Assembly: GCA_963735025.1 (NCBI GenBank)
Contig: CAVTJG010000009.1
Span: 2,052,499-2,116,498 of the forward strand
Length of the DNA: 64,000 nucleotides
DNA from: an uncultured beta proteobacterium
GTDB lineage: Bacteria; Pseudomonadota; Gammaproteobacteria; Burkholderiales; SG8-39
Direction of reading: 5' to 3'
Shown here: positions 28,637-38,088 of the stretch, in pieces
How the letters are laid out: every line of letters begins with the position of its first letter
Numbering within the stretch: position 1 is the first letter of the stretch
The notes under the pieces: model-generated
The model's input: the letters and a program-made list of their open reading frames with translations, nothing else
The model's database searches: none
What the model was told of the DNA's origin: nothing
Made by a program: the position numbers and the translations under genes

Positions 28637-28687
28637 GACCGGCAGCGGCGAGCAGCGCGCCGCCTGAGGGGCGGCACGACTAATTCG

Positions 28688-29548
28688 ATGCTCTGGCTCA
28701 GGAAACAGCCGGCCGCCGTGCTGGAGACATTGCCCGACGCGATCGTGCCGGTGGAATTACCGGTGCAATTCGACGAGGCGCGCTTCCGGGGCCACATGAC
28801 GGCCTTGCTCGAGGCGGCGCGTGTCGACGGCGGCATCGAAGTCTATGTCGACAGCCTGGGCGTCAAGCAGCGGCAATTCGCCGCGCTGCTGAGCGAGGAT
28901 GCGATCGGGAAGCTGGATGACGCGGGGATCGAAGCGCTCCTCGACGCAGTCTTCACCGCCCGACGCAAGCTCCATCCGGTCATTGCCGAGATGGGCTGCG
29001 CAGCGGTGATCGAGGCGCTGCGCGATTTGCTGCACGGGCGTGGCGAGATCGTCGCTCGCATGCGCGAATTCATGTCCCGGCTGCCGATCCGCGACGGCGA
29101 AGGCAGAGAGGCGCGCGGTCGCGCGGCGCGTCTGCGCCGGGCCGCACACGACTTTGCCGCCGAGGCACTGCACTTCCTCGACCCGATCCGCTATCCGCTC
29201 ATGGCACGCTGGGTCTGGGACGATGCCACGTCGAGCGGGGCGTTGCGCGAATTTGTCCATAATCCGGATCAGGCGAACCAGCTGCCGCTCGACACCCGGC
29301 CGGAAACCTTCGAGGCGGCGCGCACCTGGATTGCCGGCGAGATCGAGGCGCAGGGTGTCTATCGCGACGTGCCGCTGTGGGTGGATCTCGTCGAGGCCTC
29401 CGCCTACACGCACTACTTCCGGTCGATAACCGGGGGTGTGCTCGGATCCGATTTCGGTCGTGCGGGAGGGCCGGAGGAGAACATCAAGAAACTGCTCGGC
29501 ATCGAGCCGCGGCGCCGCGGTGGCAAGTCGCGGGTGGTAAAAGTCTGA
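28688..29548 (+). CDS. shdrH: sHdr-associated conserved protein (sHdrH / 'Hyp')
   Basis: Position between shdrA and shdrC2; DFAAEALHF, YPLMARWVWD..SSGALRE. Confidence 0.75.
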   Translation: MLWLRKQPAAVLETLPDAIVPVELPVQFDEARFRGHMTALLEAARVDGGIEVYVDSLGVKQRQFAALLSEDAIGKLDDAGIEALLDAVFTARRKLHPVIAEMGCAAVIEALRDLLHGRGEIVARMREFMSRLPIRDGEGREARGRAARLRRAAHDFAAEALHFLDPIRYPLMARWVWDDATSSGALREFVHNPDQANQLPLDTRPETFEAARTWIAGEIEAQGVYRDVPLWVDLVEASAYTHYFRSITGGVLGSDFGRAGGPEENIKKLLGIEPRRRGGKSRVVKV

Positions 29549-29560
29549 GGAAAGCGCGTC

Positions 29561-30352
29561 ATGCCGATACACGAAAAGACCCTGATAGATCCGCAGCTCC
29601 TCGTGCAGACGGAGAAACTCGTCGTCGACGGAATCGACGTGTCCGGTCACTGGAACACGATGATCCTGCCGCGGACGATGACCGACTACGACCCGGACTT
29701 CTACAAGACGATCCAGTCGTACCCCGGCGGCGAGAACGTCCATCGCTGCTGGCAATGCGGCTCGTGCACCAACTCGTGCACGATGTACGCGATCAACACC
29801 GATTTCAACCCGCGCTACTGGATCTACTTGACGAACCTCGGCTACGTGAGCGAGCTCGTCAAGGACAAGGACATCATCTGGCAGTGCGTCTCGTGCAACA
29901 AGTGCACGAACATCTGCCCGAAGGACGTCCGGCCTGAAGGCGTGATGAAGGCGCTTGCCCACTGGCTCGAGGCGGAGGGGCACACGCCCAAGTCGAGGTC
30001 GACCGTGTTTGACGAGGAGTTCACGCGCCAGTGCCTCGAGCGCGGCCGCATCGAGGACACCGAGGTGATGTTCAACTTCTTCCGCCAGACGGGCGAGAAC
30101 CTGGGCGCGATGCTGAAAGGCGGCTGGCTGAGGGTACTGATCGAGCGGATGAACAACGTGCACCTCCTGCGGCAGGGCAAGATGGGGAAGTTCGTCGCCC
30201 GGTTGCCGATGGTGCAGGGATTCAAGATGGGATGGGCGATGCTGTTCAAGCCGCGCACGCGATCGTGGGGGCGTACGGGTGAGGTGCTGCGCGAGTACGT
30301 CGAGGAGCAGAAGCGCGCTGCCCACGCCGGCATCAGCGAGCCGACGCATTGA
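29561..30352 (+). CDS. shdrC2: sHdr subunit C2
   Basis: CWQCGSCTNSC and CVSCNKCTNICP. Confidence 0.92.
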   Translation: MPIHEKTLIDPQLLVQTEKLVVDGIDVSGHWNTMILPRTMTDYDPDFYKTIQSYPGGENVHRCWQCGSCTNSCTMYAINTDFNPRYWIYLTNLGYVSELVKDKDIIWQCVSCNKCTNICPKDVRPEGVMKALAHWLEAEGHTPKSRSTVFDEEFTRQCLERGRIEDTEVMFNFFRQTGENLGAMLKGGWLRVLIERMNNVHLLRQGKMGKFVARLPMVQGFKMGWAMLFKPRTRSWGRTGEVLREYVEEQKRAAHAGISEPTH

Positions 30353-30369
30353 TTGATTCGAGGTAGACG

Positions 30370-31281
30370 ATGAGCAAAGTGGCGTATTACCCGGGCTGTG
30401 CGCTCGAAGGATCGGGAGGCCCCTACGACCGTTCGACCCGGGCGCTGGTGGACGCGCTCGGACTGGAAATGGTCGATCTGGACGACTGGAATTGCTGTGG
30501 GGCAATGGAGGTGAAGAATATCCACCCCATGCTCCAGACCTACATGTCCGCCCGCAACATGGCGATCGCCGGTGAGAAGATGGGCTGCGAGACGGTAATG
30601 GCCCCGTGCAACGGCTGTTACCACAATCTCAAGAAGGCCGAGTACGAGTGCGCGACATCGGCCGATGCTATGCAGACGGTCCAGGATCTGGCGACCAAGT
30701 CCAACGATCCGGTCTACAAGGGCGATGTGCGCACCGTGCATCTGCTGGAGTGGCTGATGGAGGACATCGGTCCGGACGCGCTCAAGGCGCGGATCCGGAA
30801 TTCGCTCAAGGGAATTAAGATCGCCAACTACTATGGCTGCATGTACACGCGACCCCGGCAGATCTTTCCGGAGAAGGATCAGGGTCCGGGGTCGGAGTCC
30901 AGCCACACGCCGCATTTCATGGACGACCTGCTCGCGGCCGCGGGTGCGGTGAATGTCGAGTATCCGCTCAAGACCGCCTGTTGCGGAGGCGCGCACACCC
31001 TGTCGGATTCGGACACCTCGACCCAGCTCGTGCTGAACCTGCTCCAGGCGGCGGAGGAATGCGGGGCGGAGGTCATCGCGACGGAATGCCCGACATGTCA
31101 TTCCGGGTTGGAGATGCACCAGATCCGGGCTGAAACGGAGTTCGGCATCAAGACGAACGTGAAGGTTCTCTACTTCACGCAGTTGCTGGGACTCGCGCTC
31201 GGACTGTCTGCGCGCAAGCTCGCAATTCATGAAAATATCTCGGACTCCCTGGATTTTCTGCACGAGAAGGGCGTGATCTGA
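30370..31281 (+). CDS. shdrB2: sHdr subunit B2
   Basis: YYPGC, WNCCG, PCNGC, YYGC, ACCG, ECPTC (two CCG domains). Confidence 0.93.
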   Translation: MSKVAYYPGCALEGSGGPYDRSTRALVDALGLEMVDLDDWNCCGAMEVKNIHPMLQTYMSARNMAIAGEKMGCETVMAPCNGCYHNLKKAEYECATSADAMQTVQDLATKSNDPVYKGDVRTVHLLEWLMEDIGPDALKARIRNSLKGIKIANYYGCMYTRPRQIFPEKDQGPGSESSHTPHFMDDLLAAAGAVNVEYPLKTACCGGAHTLSDSDTSTQLVLNLLQAAEECGAEVIATECPTCHSGLEMHQIRAETEFGIKTNVKVLYFTQLLGLALGLSARKLAIHENISDSLDFLHEKGVI

Positions 31282-31287
31282 GCGGCG

Positions 31288-31734
31288 ATGCGGTGCAACG
31301 GCTGCGAGTTTCGCCCCGACCTCTACTACGATGATCAGTACCAGATCTGGGTGCGCCCCGAAGCCGATGGCACCATCTCGATCGGCATGACGGACATCTC
31401 GCAGACCATCGCCGGGAGGGTGCTGCACGTGCGCGTGCGGCGGCCCGGCGCGGCGCGCCCCAAGGGCAAGCCGGTGGCGACCGTCGAGACGGGCAAATGG
31501 GCCGGGCCCGTGCCCAACCCGTTCGACTGTGTCATCGAGTCCGGCAACCGGGCGGTGCTCGATGAGCCCGCGCTCCTCAACCAGGATCCCTATGCGCACT
31601 GGATTGCACGAGTGCGACCGGCGATACCTGCGACGGAGGCACTGGCCGGCCTAGTGACGGGCGAGCGCGCGGCCGAGGGGTACTGCGCCCGCGCCAGGAA
31701 AGACGACATCCGCTGCAAGCGGCTCGCGCCCTGA
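31288..31734 (+). CDS. lbpA: Lipoate-binding protein (GcvH-like LbpA1)
   Basis: VETGKWAGPV lipoyl-lysine motif, LNQDPY, N- and C-terminal Cys. Confidence 0.88.
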   Translation: MRCNGCEFRPDLYYDDQYQIWVRPEADGTISIGMTDISQTIAGRVLHVRVRRPGAARPKGKPVATVETGKWAGPVPNPFDCVIESGNRAVLDEPALLNQDPYAHWIARVRPAIPATEALAGLVTGERAAEGYCARARKDDIRCKRLAP

Positions 31735-31752
31735 CGCGCCGCCGAGACGACC

Positions 31753-32151
31753 GTGACCGATCGCGAATTTCTTGACGACCACGACGCCAAGACCGCCGTC
31801 ATCGTGATGACAAGCGGGCCGTCGACGCCGCAGCGCTGCGCAACGCCCTTCTACATCGGCGCGCTGCTCGCGGCCATGGACGCGGACGTGACGATCTTTT
31901 TCACCATGGAGGGCGTGAAGCTCGTGAAGAAGGGTGTTCCGGACAACCTGGTCGCGATGGAAGGGGGCAAGCGGATCATCGAGTTCATGCGGGACGCCAA
32001 GAGTGCGGGCGTCAAGTTTCATGCGTGCAACCCCGCCCTGCCGGGCTACGAGATGGTCAAGGATGATCTGATTCCCGAGATCGACGAGGTATCGAGCGGC
32101 GGCGCGCTCGCGGACATGATTCTCAGTTCTGATAAGGTGCTGTTCTTTTGA
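31753..32151 (+). CDS. DsrE-family sulfurtransferase (DsrE3-like)
   Basis: TSGPSTPQRCATPF, FFTMEGV, FHAC; lies between two lbpA genes. Confidence 0.82.
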   Translation: MTDREFLDDHDAKTAVIVMTSGPSTPQRCATPFYIGALLAAMDADVTIFFTMEGVKLVKKGVPDNLVAMEGGKRIIEFMRDAKSAGVKFHACNPALPGYEMVKDDLIPEIDEVSSGGALADMILSSDKVLFF

Positions 32152-32245
32152 TCCAGCACAAGGGTGTGGGCGGCGTTGGAGGTTTACTGGCAGGCGCGTA
32201 CTGCGGGACTGCCCTCCAGGACAGGGCGCAACATGGGGGAAGAAA

Positions 32246-32683
32246 ATGGCATCGGTGAAAAATTGCAATCTTCCGGATGATCTTTACTACAACGTGGAGA
32301 ACAACGTCTGGGTGCGCAAGGAGTCCGACGGAACGGTGACGGTCGGCATGACCGCGTATGCGTGCGCGCTCGCCGGCGAGGTTGTCGCTTACACGCCGAA
32401 GAAAGTCGGTCGGACGGTGGACGCGAACAAGTCGTGTGCGACGGTGGAATCGGGCAAATGGGTGGGGCCGGTCAAGACGCCGATCGCCGGCGAGGTTGCT
32501 GCGATCAATGACGCGGTTGCGGCGAAGCCCGGCGCGATCAACAAGGACCCGTACGGCGAAGGCTGGCTGGTGAAGCTGAAGCCGTCCAGCCTGGACGCCG
32601 AGCTCGGTGCCCTGGTGACCGGCGCTGCCGTCGCCCCCGCGTTCGAGGCGAAAATGACCGCCGACGGCTTCGCGGGCTGCTGA
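32246..32683 (+). CDS. lbpA: Lipoate-binding protein (GcvH-like LbpA2)
   Basis: VESGKWVGPV, INKDPYGEGWL, terminal GC. Confidence 0.9.
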   Translation: MASVKNCNLPDDLYYNVENNVWVRKESDGTVTVGMTAYACALAGEVVAYTPKKVGRTVDANKSCATVESGKWVGPVKTPIAGEVAAINDAVAAKPGAINKDPYGEGWLVKLKPSSLDAELGALVTGAAVAPAFEAKMTADGFAGC

Positions 32684-32694
32684 TCAGGCACGGC

Positions 32695-33828
32695 ATGTCG
32701 CACTGGCTCGAGACGCTTGGCCGTATCGATGCACTCGAAGTCGGCGAGTTCGACGCGGGGCTCGTGGGCGCGTTCGAGGAACGCTTCGCGCGATTGCCAG
32801 CGGACACCGCGCAACGGGTCAATTTCTACGTTCCGACTTTCAAGACCTTCGCCACCTCGGAGATCACGGGTTGCGGGAAAAGTGCGTGGCCCGCGGTGTC
32901 GATCACCGGGCCCGAGTGCAAGCTGCAATGCGATCATTGCAAGGCGCGGCTGCTCGAGCCCATGATCCCTGCCACCACGCCCGACGCGCTCTGGGGCGTG
33001 GTGAACGAGCAAGTCGCGGCAGGGGCAATGGGGATGCTCCTGACGGGCGGCTCCAATCTTCGCGACGAGGTGGAGTACGGTCCGTTCTTTCCAACCATAC
33101 GCCGCATCAAGGACGCATTCCCGGACTTCCGGATCGCGATGCATACGGCGCTTGCGTCCCGCGACCAGGCGAAACGCATCGAGGAGAGCGGGGTCGATGC
33201 GGCGATGCTCGACATCATCGGCGCCCAGGACACCGTCACACAGGTGTATCACCTCAAGCGCCCGGTCGCGGACTTCGAGGCGGCGCTCGCGTACCTGACG
33301 GAGACGTCGCTCAAGGTCGTGCCGCATATCGTCATCGGCTTGCACTACGGTCGGATGCTCGGCGAGTGGCATGCCCTCGAGATGATTGCGCGTCACAAGC
33401 CTGCCGCGCTGGTCCTGGTCGTGATCATGCCCTTTTACGCGCCGGCGAAGCGGCCGTTCGACGTGCCTTCGAGCCGGGAGGTCGGGCGTTTCTTCATGGA
33501 CGCGCGCGCTGCGCTGCCGGACATTCCGGTGCTCCTCGGCTGCGCGCGGCCGCCGGGACGGGCGAAGGTCGAGATCGATACCTACGCGGTGATGGCAGGA
33601 CTGAACGGGCTGGCGCATCCGAGCGACGGCACGGTCGAGCTTGCCGCTCGGCTCGGCCGGGCAGTCAAGGTGACGCCGGCATGCTGCTCGATTGCCATGG
33701 GCGACGAGGTGCTCGCGCTGGATGCAGGTCGCGATGCGCTCTCGGTGGACGTCGAGGAGTTCCTCCGCGATTCCGGACGGCGGCGCGGCGCGCGGGCGCT
33801 CGCCGGAATCCCGGTGGTTGCGGCATGA
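32695..33828 (+). CDS. lipS1: Radical SAM lipoyl synthase component LipS1
   Basis: CKLQCDHC; C-terminal GCARP and CC motifs characteristic of LipS1. Confidence 0.82.
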   Translation: MSHWLETLGRIDALEVGEFDAGLVGAFEERFARLPADTAQRVNFYVPTFKTFATSEITGCGKSAWPAVSITGPECKLQCDHCKARLLEPMIPATTPDALWGVVNEQVAAGAMGMLLTGGSNLRDEVEYGPFFPTIRRIKDAFPDFRIAMHTALASRDQAKRIEESGVDAAMLDIIGAQDTVTQVYHLKRPVADFEAALAYLTETSLKVVPHIVIGLHYGRMLGEWHALEMIARHKPAALVLVVIMPFYAPAKRPFDVPSSREVGRFFMDARAALPDIPVLLGCARPPGRAKVEIDTYAVMAGLNGLAHPSDGTVELAARLGRAVKVTPACCSIAMGDEVLALDAGRDALSVDVEEFLRDSGRRRGARALAGIPVVAA

Positions 33829-33849
33829 GCCGGGGATAAAAGGGCGCCG

Positions 33850-34908
33850 ATGGCCTCCACCTGGCGGCTGGTCGACACTGGAACGCGCCGCGCGGCGGAA
33901 AACTTCGCCCTGAACCGCGCAATTCTGGAAGCGCGCAATCGCGGTGTCGTCTCGAGCACGTTGCGCTTTCTCCAGTTCGGACCGTCCGCCTTGCTCGGCT
34001 ACCATCAGAGCGTCGAGCAGGAGCTCGACGTCGACTTCTGCCGGTCGAACGGCGTGGATATCCAGCGGCGCGTCACCGGCGGCGGCGCGATCTACATGGA
34101 CGAATCCGTGCTCGGCTGGGAGCTCTACGTTGCCAAGACAGAGCTCGGAACGACCGACATGGCGGAAGTTTCGCGGCGCATTTGCGAAGTGGCGGCGCGA
34201 GCGGTCTCCGCATTCGGCGTGAAGGCAGTTTACCGGCCCCTTACCGACATCGAAGTAGACGGGCGGAAGATTGCCGGTACCGGCGGCGCCTTCGACGGGA
34301 ATGCGCTGCTCTACCAGGGCACGCTGCTGCTCGACTTCGACATCGAGCGGATGCTGCGCTGCCTGCGGCTACCCGCCGAGATGCTTTCTCCGGAGGCCAT
34401 CGCGGGCGCGCGTGCGCGTGTGGTCAATCTGCGGGAACTGCTTGGCGTGGTCCCGCCGCTCGACAAGATCAAGCACCGGATCGCAGTCGAGTTTGCATCC
34501 GGGCTGGGCGTCGAGTTCGAGCCAGGTGAACTCTATCCGCAGGAGGTACGGCTTTTTCGCGAAGCCCTCAAGGAGATCGATACACCGGAGTGGGTGAACA
34601 TGGTTCAGAAACCGCGCTCCGACCTGCCGGTGGTCGAGGCAACGCATCGCTTCAGCGCGGGCATCCTGCGGGCGGCCGTTGCCTATGACCGACCCGGCGA
34701 GCGCATCAAGCAGGTGTGCTTCAGCGGGGATCTGTTCGTGAATCCGCCGCGAACGGTTCGGGATCTCGAGACGGCACTCAAGGATTGCGCGGTGGACAAC
34801 ATCGCGCCCACCATCGCGCGGTTCTTTCACGGGCGCCAGATCGAGATGCCCGCGGTGAAGCCTTCCGATTTTGCGGTGGCTGTCGCACAGGCCTTGCGGG
34901 CCACATGA
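33850..34908 (+). CDS. Lipoate:protein ligase, sulfur-oxidiser type sLpl(AB)
   Basis: RRVTGGGAIY, DGRKIAGTG, C-terminal accessory domain FSGDLFVNP. Confidence 0.88.
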   Translation: MASTWRLVDTGTRRAAENFALNRAILEARNRGVVSSTLRFLQFGPSALLGYHQSVEQELDVDFCRSNGVDIQRRVTGGGAIYMDESVLGWELYVAKTELGTTDMAEVSRRICEVAARAVSAFGVKAVYRPLTDIEVDGRKIAGTGGAFDGNALLYQGTLLLDFDIERMLRCLRLPAEMLSPEAIAGARARVVNLRELLGVVPPLDKIKHRIAVEFASGLGVEFEPGELYPQEVRLFREALKEIDTPEWVNMVQKPRSDLPVVEATHRFSAGILRAAVAYDRPGERIKQVCFSGDLFVNPPRTVRDLETALKDCAVDNIAPTIARFFHGRQIEMPAVKPSDFAVAVAQALRAT

Positions 34909-36002
34909 CCGCGCGCCCGCACACCTGCGACGCTTTGGTGATCGGTCTCGGGCCGGGTGGCTCGGCCGCCGCGGCCGCCGCGGCACGCGCGGGTCTCGCC
35001 GTGGTGGCAATCGATCGGCGCGCGGAAATCGGCATTCCCGTGCAATGCGCGGAATTCATCCCGCTGCCCCTGGGGCGGCATGCCCGGAATGCAGGTGTGC
35101 TGATCCAGCGCATACTCGGAATGACGAGCGCACTGCCGTCGGGCACCCGTCATCGGACCGACTTTCCCGGATTGATGATCGACCGAGCGCGTTTCGATCG
35201 CGCGCTCGCCGACGCCGCGCAGGCGGCTGGCGCCACGCTATGCCCGGGCACGTCGTTGATTGGTGTCGACTCTGGAGCGGATGTCGCCACCCTGCGGGAC
35301 ACTGGCGGGGAGTTTGCGTTGCGTTACCGGGTGCTCATCGCCGCGGATGGGCCGCGCTCGAGAGTGGCCGCCGCACTCAATCTACCCAGGCTGGAAACCG
35401 TGGAAACACGTCAATACAGCGTTCCGCTTCGCAGGCCCGGCAGCGATACCGAGATCTGGCTCGCGCCGGAGTATCCCGGCGGCTACGCTTGGCTGTTTCC
35501 CAAGAAGGCGACCGCGAATCTCGGCCTCGGCATGGACCCTCGGCTGACACGTGACCTGAAGCGGCCGCTCGACCGGTTGCATGCGGCGCTCGTGGCCGAG
35601 GGCCGTATCGATCCGGAAATTCTGGCGCGCACGGGCGGCCCGATCCCGGTCGGCGGGATGCGTTCGAACCTCGCCGAGCGCAATGTCGCGTTCGTCGGCG
35701 ACGCAGCGGGATTGACCCATCCGATCACCGGAGCCGGTATCGCAGCGGCGATCGTCTCGGGCGAAAGCGCGGGCGAATCTGCGGCGCGTTATTGCGCAGG
35801 CGACGCAGAGGCGTGGCGAGCATACGACGAGGAGGTTCGCGATCAGTTCGAGACCAGCCTCGCGCGTGCCGTGGCGCGCCGCCGCTGGCTGGTGAGCCGC
35901 TGGAAAAGCACTGAAGCGCGTTCGGACCGGCTTCACCGCCGTGGCTGGATTGCGTTTCCGGAGTACTTTCTGGACGAAGAAGCATCTGCGCTGGCAGCCT
36001 GA
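34905..36002 (+). CDS. lipT: FAD-dependent geranylgeranyl-reductase-like oxidoreductase (LipT)
   Basis: ATG 34905 overlaps the ligase stop; IGLGPGG, VQCAE, AADG, GYAWLFPK, VGDAAG. Confidence 0.8.
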   Translation: MTARPHTCDALVIGLGPGGSAAAAAAARAGLAVVAIDRRAEIGIPVQCAEFIPLPLGRHARNAGVLIQRILGMTSALPSGTRHRTDFPGLMIDRARFDRALADAAQAAGATLCPGTSLIGVDSGADVATLRDTGGEFALRYRVLIAADGPRSRVAAALNLPRLETVETRQYSVPLRRPGSDTEIWLAPEYPGGYAWLFPKKATANLGLGMDPRLTRDLKRPLDRLHAALVAEGRIDPEILARTGGPIPVGGMRSNLAERNVAFVGDAAGLTHPITGAGIAAAIVSGESAGESAARYCAGDAEAWRAYDEEVRDQFETSLARAVARRRWLVSRWKSTEARSDRLHRRGWIAFPEYFLDEEASALAA

Positions 36003-36020
36003 GACAACCAGGAGTGGATC

Positions 36021-36521
36021 ATGCGAATACTGGCCCTGGCATCGGTGATTGCAGTTTCGATTTTCGCAACCGCGCCCGTATCGGCGCAGGATGCCACCTA
36101 CGCGGTGAAGCTGCTTACCCTTGAAACCGCGGTCAAGGCGGCCCAGGCGGCACTCAAGAAATGTCGCGATGACGGCTACCAGATCGCCGTTGCGGTCGTG
36201 GACCGGATGGGAGTGACCCAGGTGATGCTGCGCGATCGATTCGCCGGGCCACACACGCCTGCGACGGCACGCGGGAAGGCGTGGACTGCAGTGAGCTTCC
36301 GCACCAACACCGGCGCACTCGCCGAGCTGACCCAGGCAGGCAAGCCGCAGAGCGGCGTGCGCCACCGCCCCGGAGTGGTGGCGATCGGCGGCGGTCTGAT
36401 GATCGAAGGCGCCGGTTCGCTCTTCGGCGCGATCGGCGTTTCGGGAGCGCCGGGCGGTGAAGCGGACGAGGCCTGCGCCGCGGCGGGAATCGCCGCGATC
36501 AAGGACAGCCTGGAGTTCTGA
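36021..36521 (+). CDS. Secreted GlcG/HbpS heme-binding family protein
   Basis: Signal peptide; AVAVVDRMG, KAWTA, GAIGVSGAPGG. Confidence 0.88.
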   Translation: MRILALASVIAVSIFATAPVSAQDATYAVKLLTLETAVKAAQAALKKCRDDGYQIAVAVVDRMGVTQVMLRDRFAGPHTPATARGKAWTAVSFRTNTGALAELTQAGKPQSGVRHRPGVVAIGGGLMIEGAGSLFGAIGVSGAPGGEADEACAAAGIAAIKDSLEF

Positions 36522-36555
36522 GCGGATGATGAGCGTACAGCGAGGAGGTTTGGCC

Positions 36556-36765
36556 ATGCCTGGAATCCCGGGACAATCGATGCGTTTGACGCTGATCGTT
36601 GCCTTTGCCTGCGTGATTACGGCGTGTGACGGCGGGCGGAAAGAACCGCCGCCGGATCTGCTGAAAGGATACCGGCAGTCCATGGACCGGGCGAAAGGCG
36701 TCGAGCAAACATTGGAAAAATCGGCCGATCAGCGCCGCGAGGAGGCGGACCGTGCGGGCAAGTAG
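36556..36765 (+). CDS. Small putative lipoprotein
   Basis: GAGGAGG SD; hydrophobic stretch ending in lipobox ITAC; helical charged tail. Confidence 0.6.
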   Translation: MPGIPGQSMRLTLIVAFACVITACDGGRKEPPPDLLKGYRQSMDRAKGVEQTLEKSADQRREEADRAGK

Positions 36766-36792
36766 CGCATGCATCGGGCATCAGGAGGCGAA

Positions 36793-37941
36793 ATGAGCGC
36801 AGTACTGAACAACAGCCAGCCGGTGCGGTTCTACCGTCCCGATTACCACGTACGCACGCCGAAGATGCGCTCGCCCGAGTATGTGCAAATGAGCACGGCT
36901 GCGGCGATCACGCTCGGTCTCGTTCCCGGAAGAATGCATCGCACCTCGTGCACCAACTGCCTCAACCTGCTCGTCACCTATCCCGAAGGATGCCGCGCGA
37001 ACTGTGCGTATTGCGGATTGGCTCGCCACCGCGAGGAGGCGCGCGACTACGCGGACCGCAACTTCATCCGCGTCGATTGGCCCACGGCGCGCTACGACGA
37101 GGTGATCGAGCGCGTCAAGGCGGGCGGCGACAAGGGCGCGTTCGAGCGCATGTGCATCTCGATGATCACCCACCCGAACTCCAATGCTGACACGTTCGTG
37201 CTGCTCGAACGCTGGGCGCGCGAAGTGCCGCAGATACCCGTATCGATCCTGTCGAATCCCACCACGCTCGAGCGGGCCGATCTCGAGCGCCTGCACGACA
37301 TGGGCGCGGAGATCTTTACCGTCGCGCTCGATGCGGTCACGCCGGAGATTTTCGACCGCACGCGGGGACGCGGCGTGGACAGCCCCCACACGTGGGATGG
37401 CTACTGGCGGGCGATCGAATGGGCCGCCGACATTTTCGGGCCCGAGCGATTCGGCGCGCATCTCATCGCGGGCATGGGCGAGACCGAGCGGGAGATTCTA
37501 TCGGTCTGCCAGAGCATCAAGGACCTCGGCGGCCACAATCACATGTTCGCGTTCTACCCGGAACGCGGCTCGATGATGGAGGATTGGCCCGCGGTGGATC
37601 GTGGCCAGTGGCGGCGTGTCCAGCTCGGCCGCTTCCTCGTCGACTACTGCAACGCGCGCGTTGCGGACATGCGGTTCGACGACCATGGCAGGGTCATCGA
37701 ATTCGGCATTCCGGAAGACGACCTGACTGGCATCATCGCCTCCGGCAAGCCGTTCAGGACGTCGGGATGCCCGGGCAAGCAGGACGACGAGGTTTCGGCG
37801 TGCAATCGACCATTCGGGGATTCGCCTCCCACCGACATCCTGTCGTTTCCATTTGCGCTTGCTCGGGAGGACGTTGCCGCAGTGCGGCGGCAAATGGCCG
37901 GTGAAGACGTTCGCGCCGGCCTGATCGAGGAACCCGACTAA
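36793..37941 (+). CDS. lipS2: Radical SAM lipoyl synthase component LipS2
   Basis: CRANCAYC; TSGCPG...CNRP motif characteristic of LipS2. Confidence 0.82.
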   Translation: MSAVLNNSQPVRFYRPDYHVRTPKMRSPEYVQMSTAAAITLGLVPGRMHRTSCTNCLNLLVTYPEGCRANCAYCGLARHREEARDYADRNFIRVDWPTARYDEVIERVKAGGDKGAFERMCISMITHPNSNADTFVLLERWAREVPQIPVSILSNPTTLERADLERLHDMGAEIFTVALDAVTPEIFDRTRGRGVDSPHTWDGYWRAIEWAADIFGPERFGAHLIAGMGETEREILSVCQSIKDLGGHNHMFAFYPERGSMMEDWPAVDRGQWRRVQLGRFLVDYCNARVADMRFDDHGRVIEFGIPEDDLTGIIASGKPFRTSGCPGKQDDEVSACNRPFGDSPPTDILSFPFALAREDVAAVRRQMAGEDVRAGLIEEPD

Positions 37942-38088
37942 GCGCAGCCATTGATCGCATAAGGAAATTCATTTGGGGATCCCCTTTGCAGCCAGTGGGC
38001 AAATGGGTGTTTAATCAGCATACTTAGATTTGCTAATGTGCTAATGGACTGCGCGGAGGATCGCGCGGCAATGAAGGAGGGTGCAGGA

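Noticed and set aside
25368-31281. Methanogen-type or flavin-bifurcating HdrABC-Mvh/Flx complex
   Set aside because: The short HdrA, C1-B1-A-H-C2-B2 order, lbpA/tusA/dsrE neighbours and absence of mvhD/flx identify the sulfur-oxidising sHdr type.
31288-32683. Glycine cleavage system
   Set aside because: No gcvP/gcvT; the GcvH-like proteins have the GKW motif, terminal cysteines and context of LbpA.
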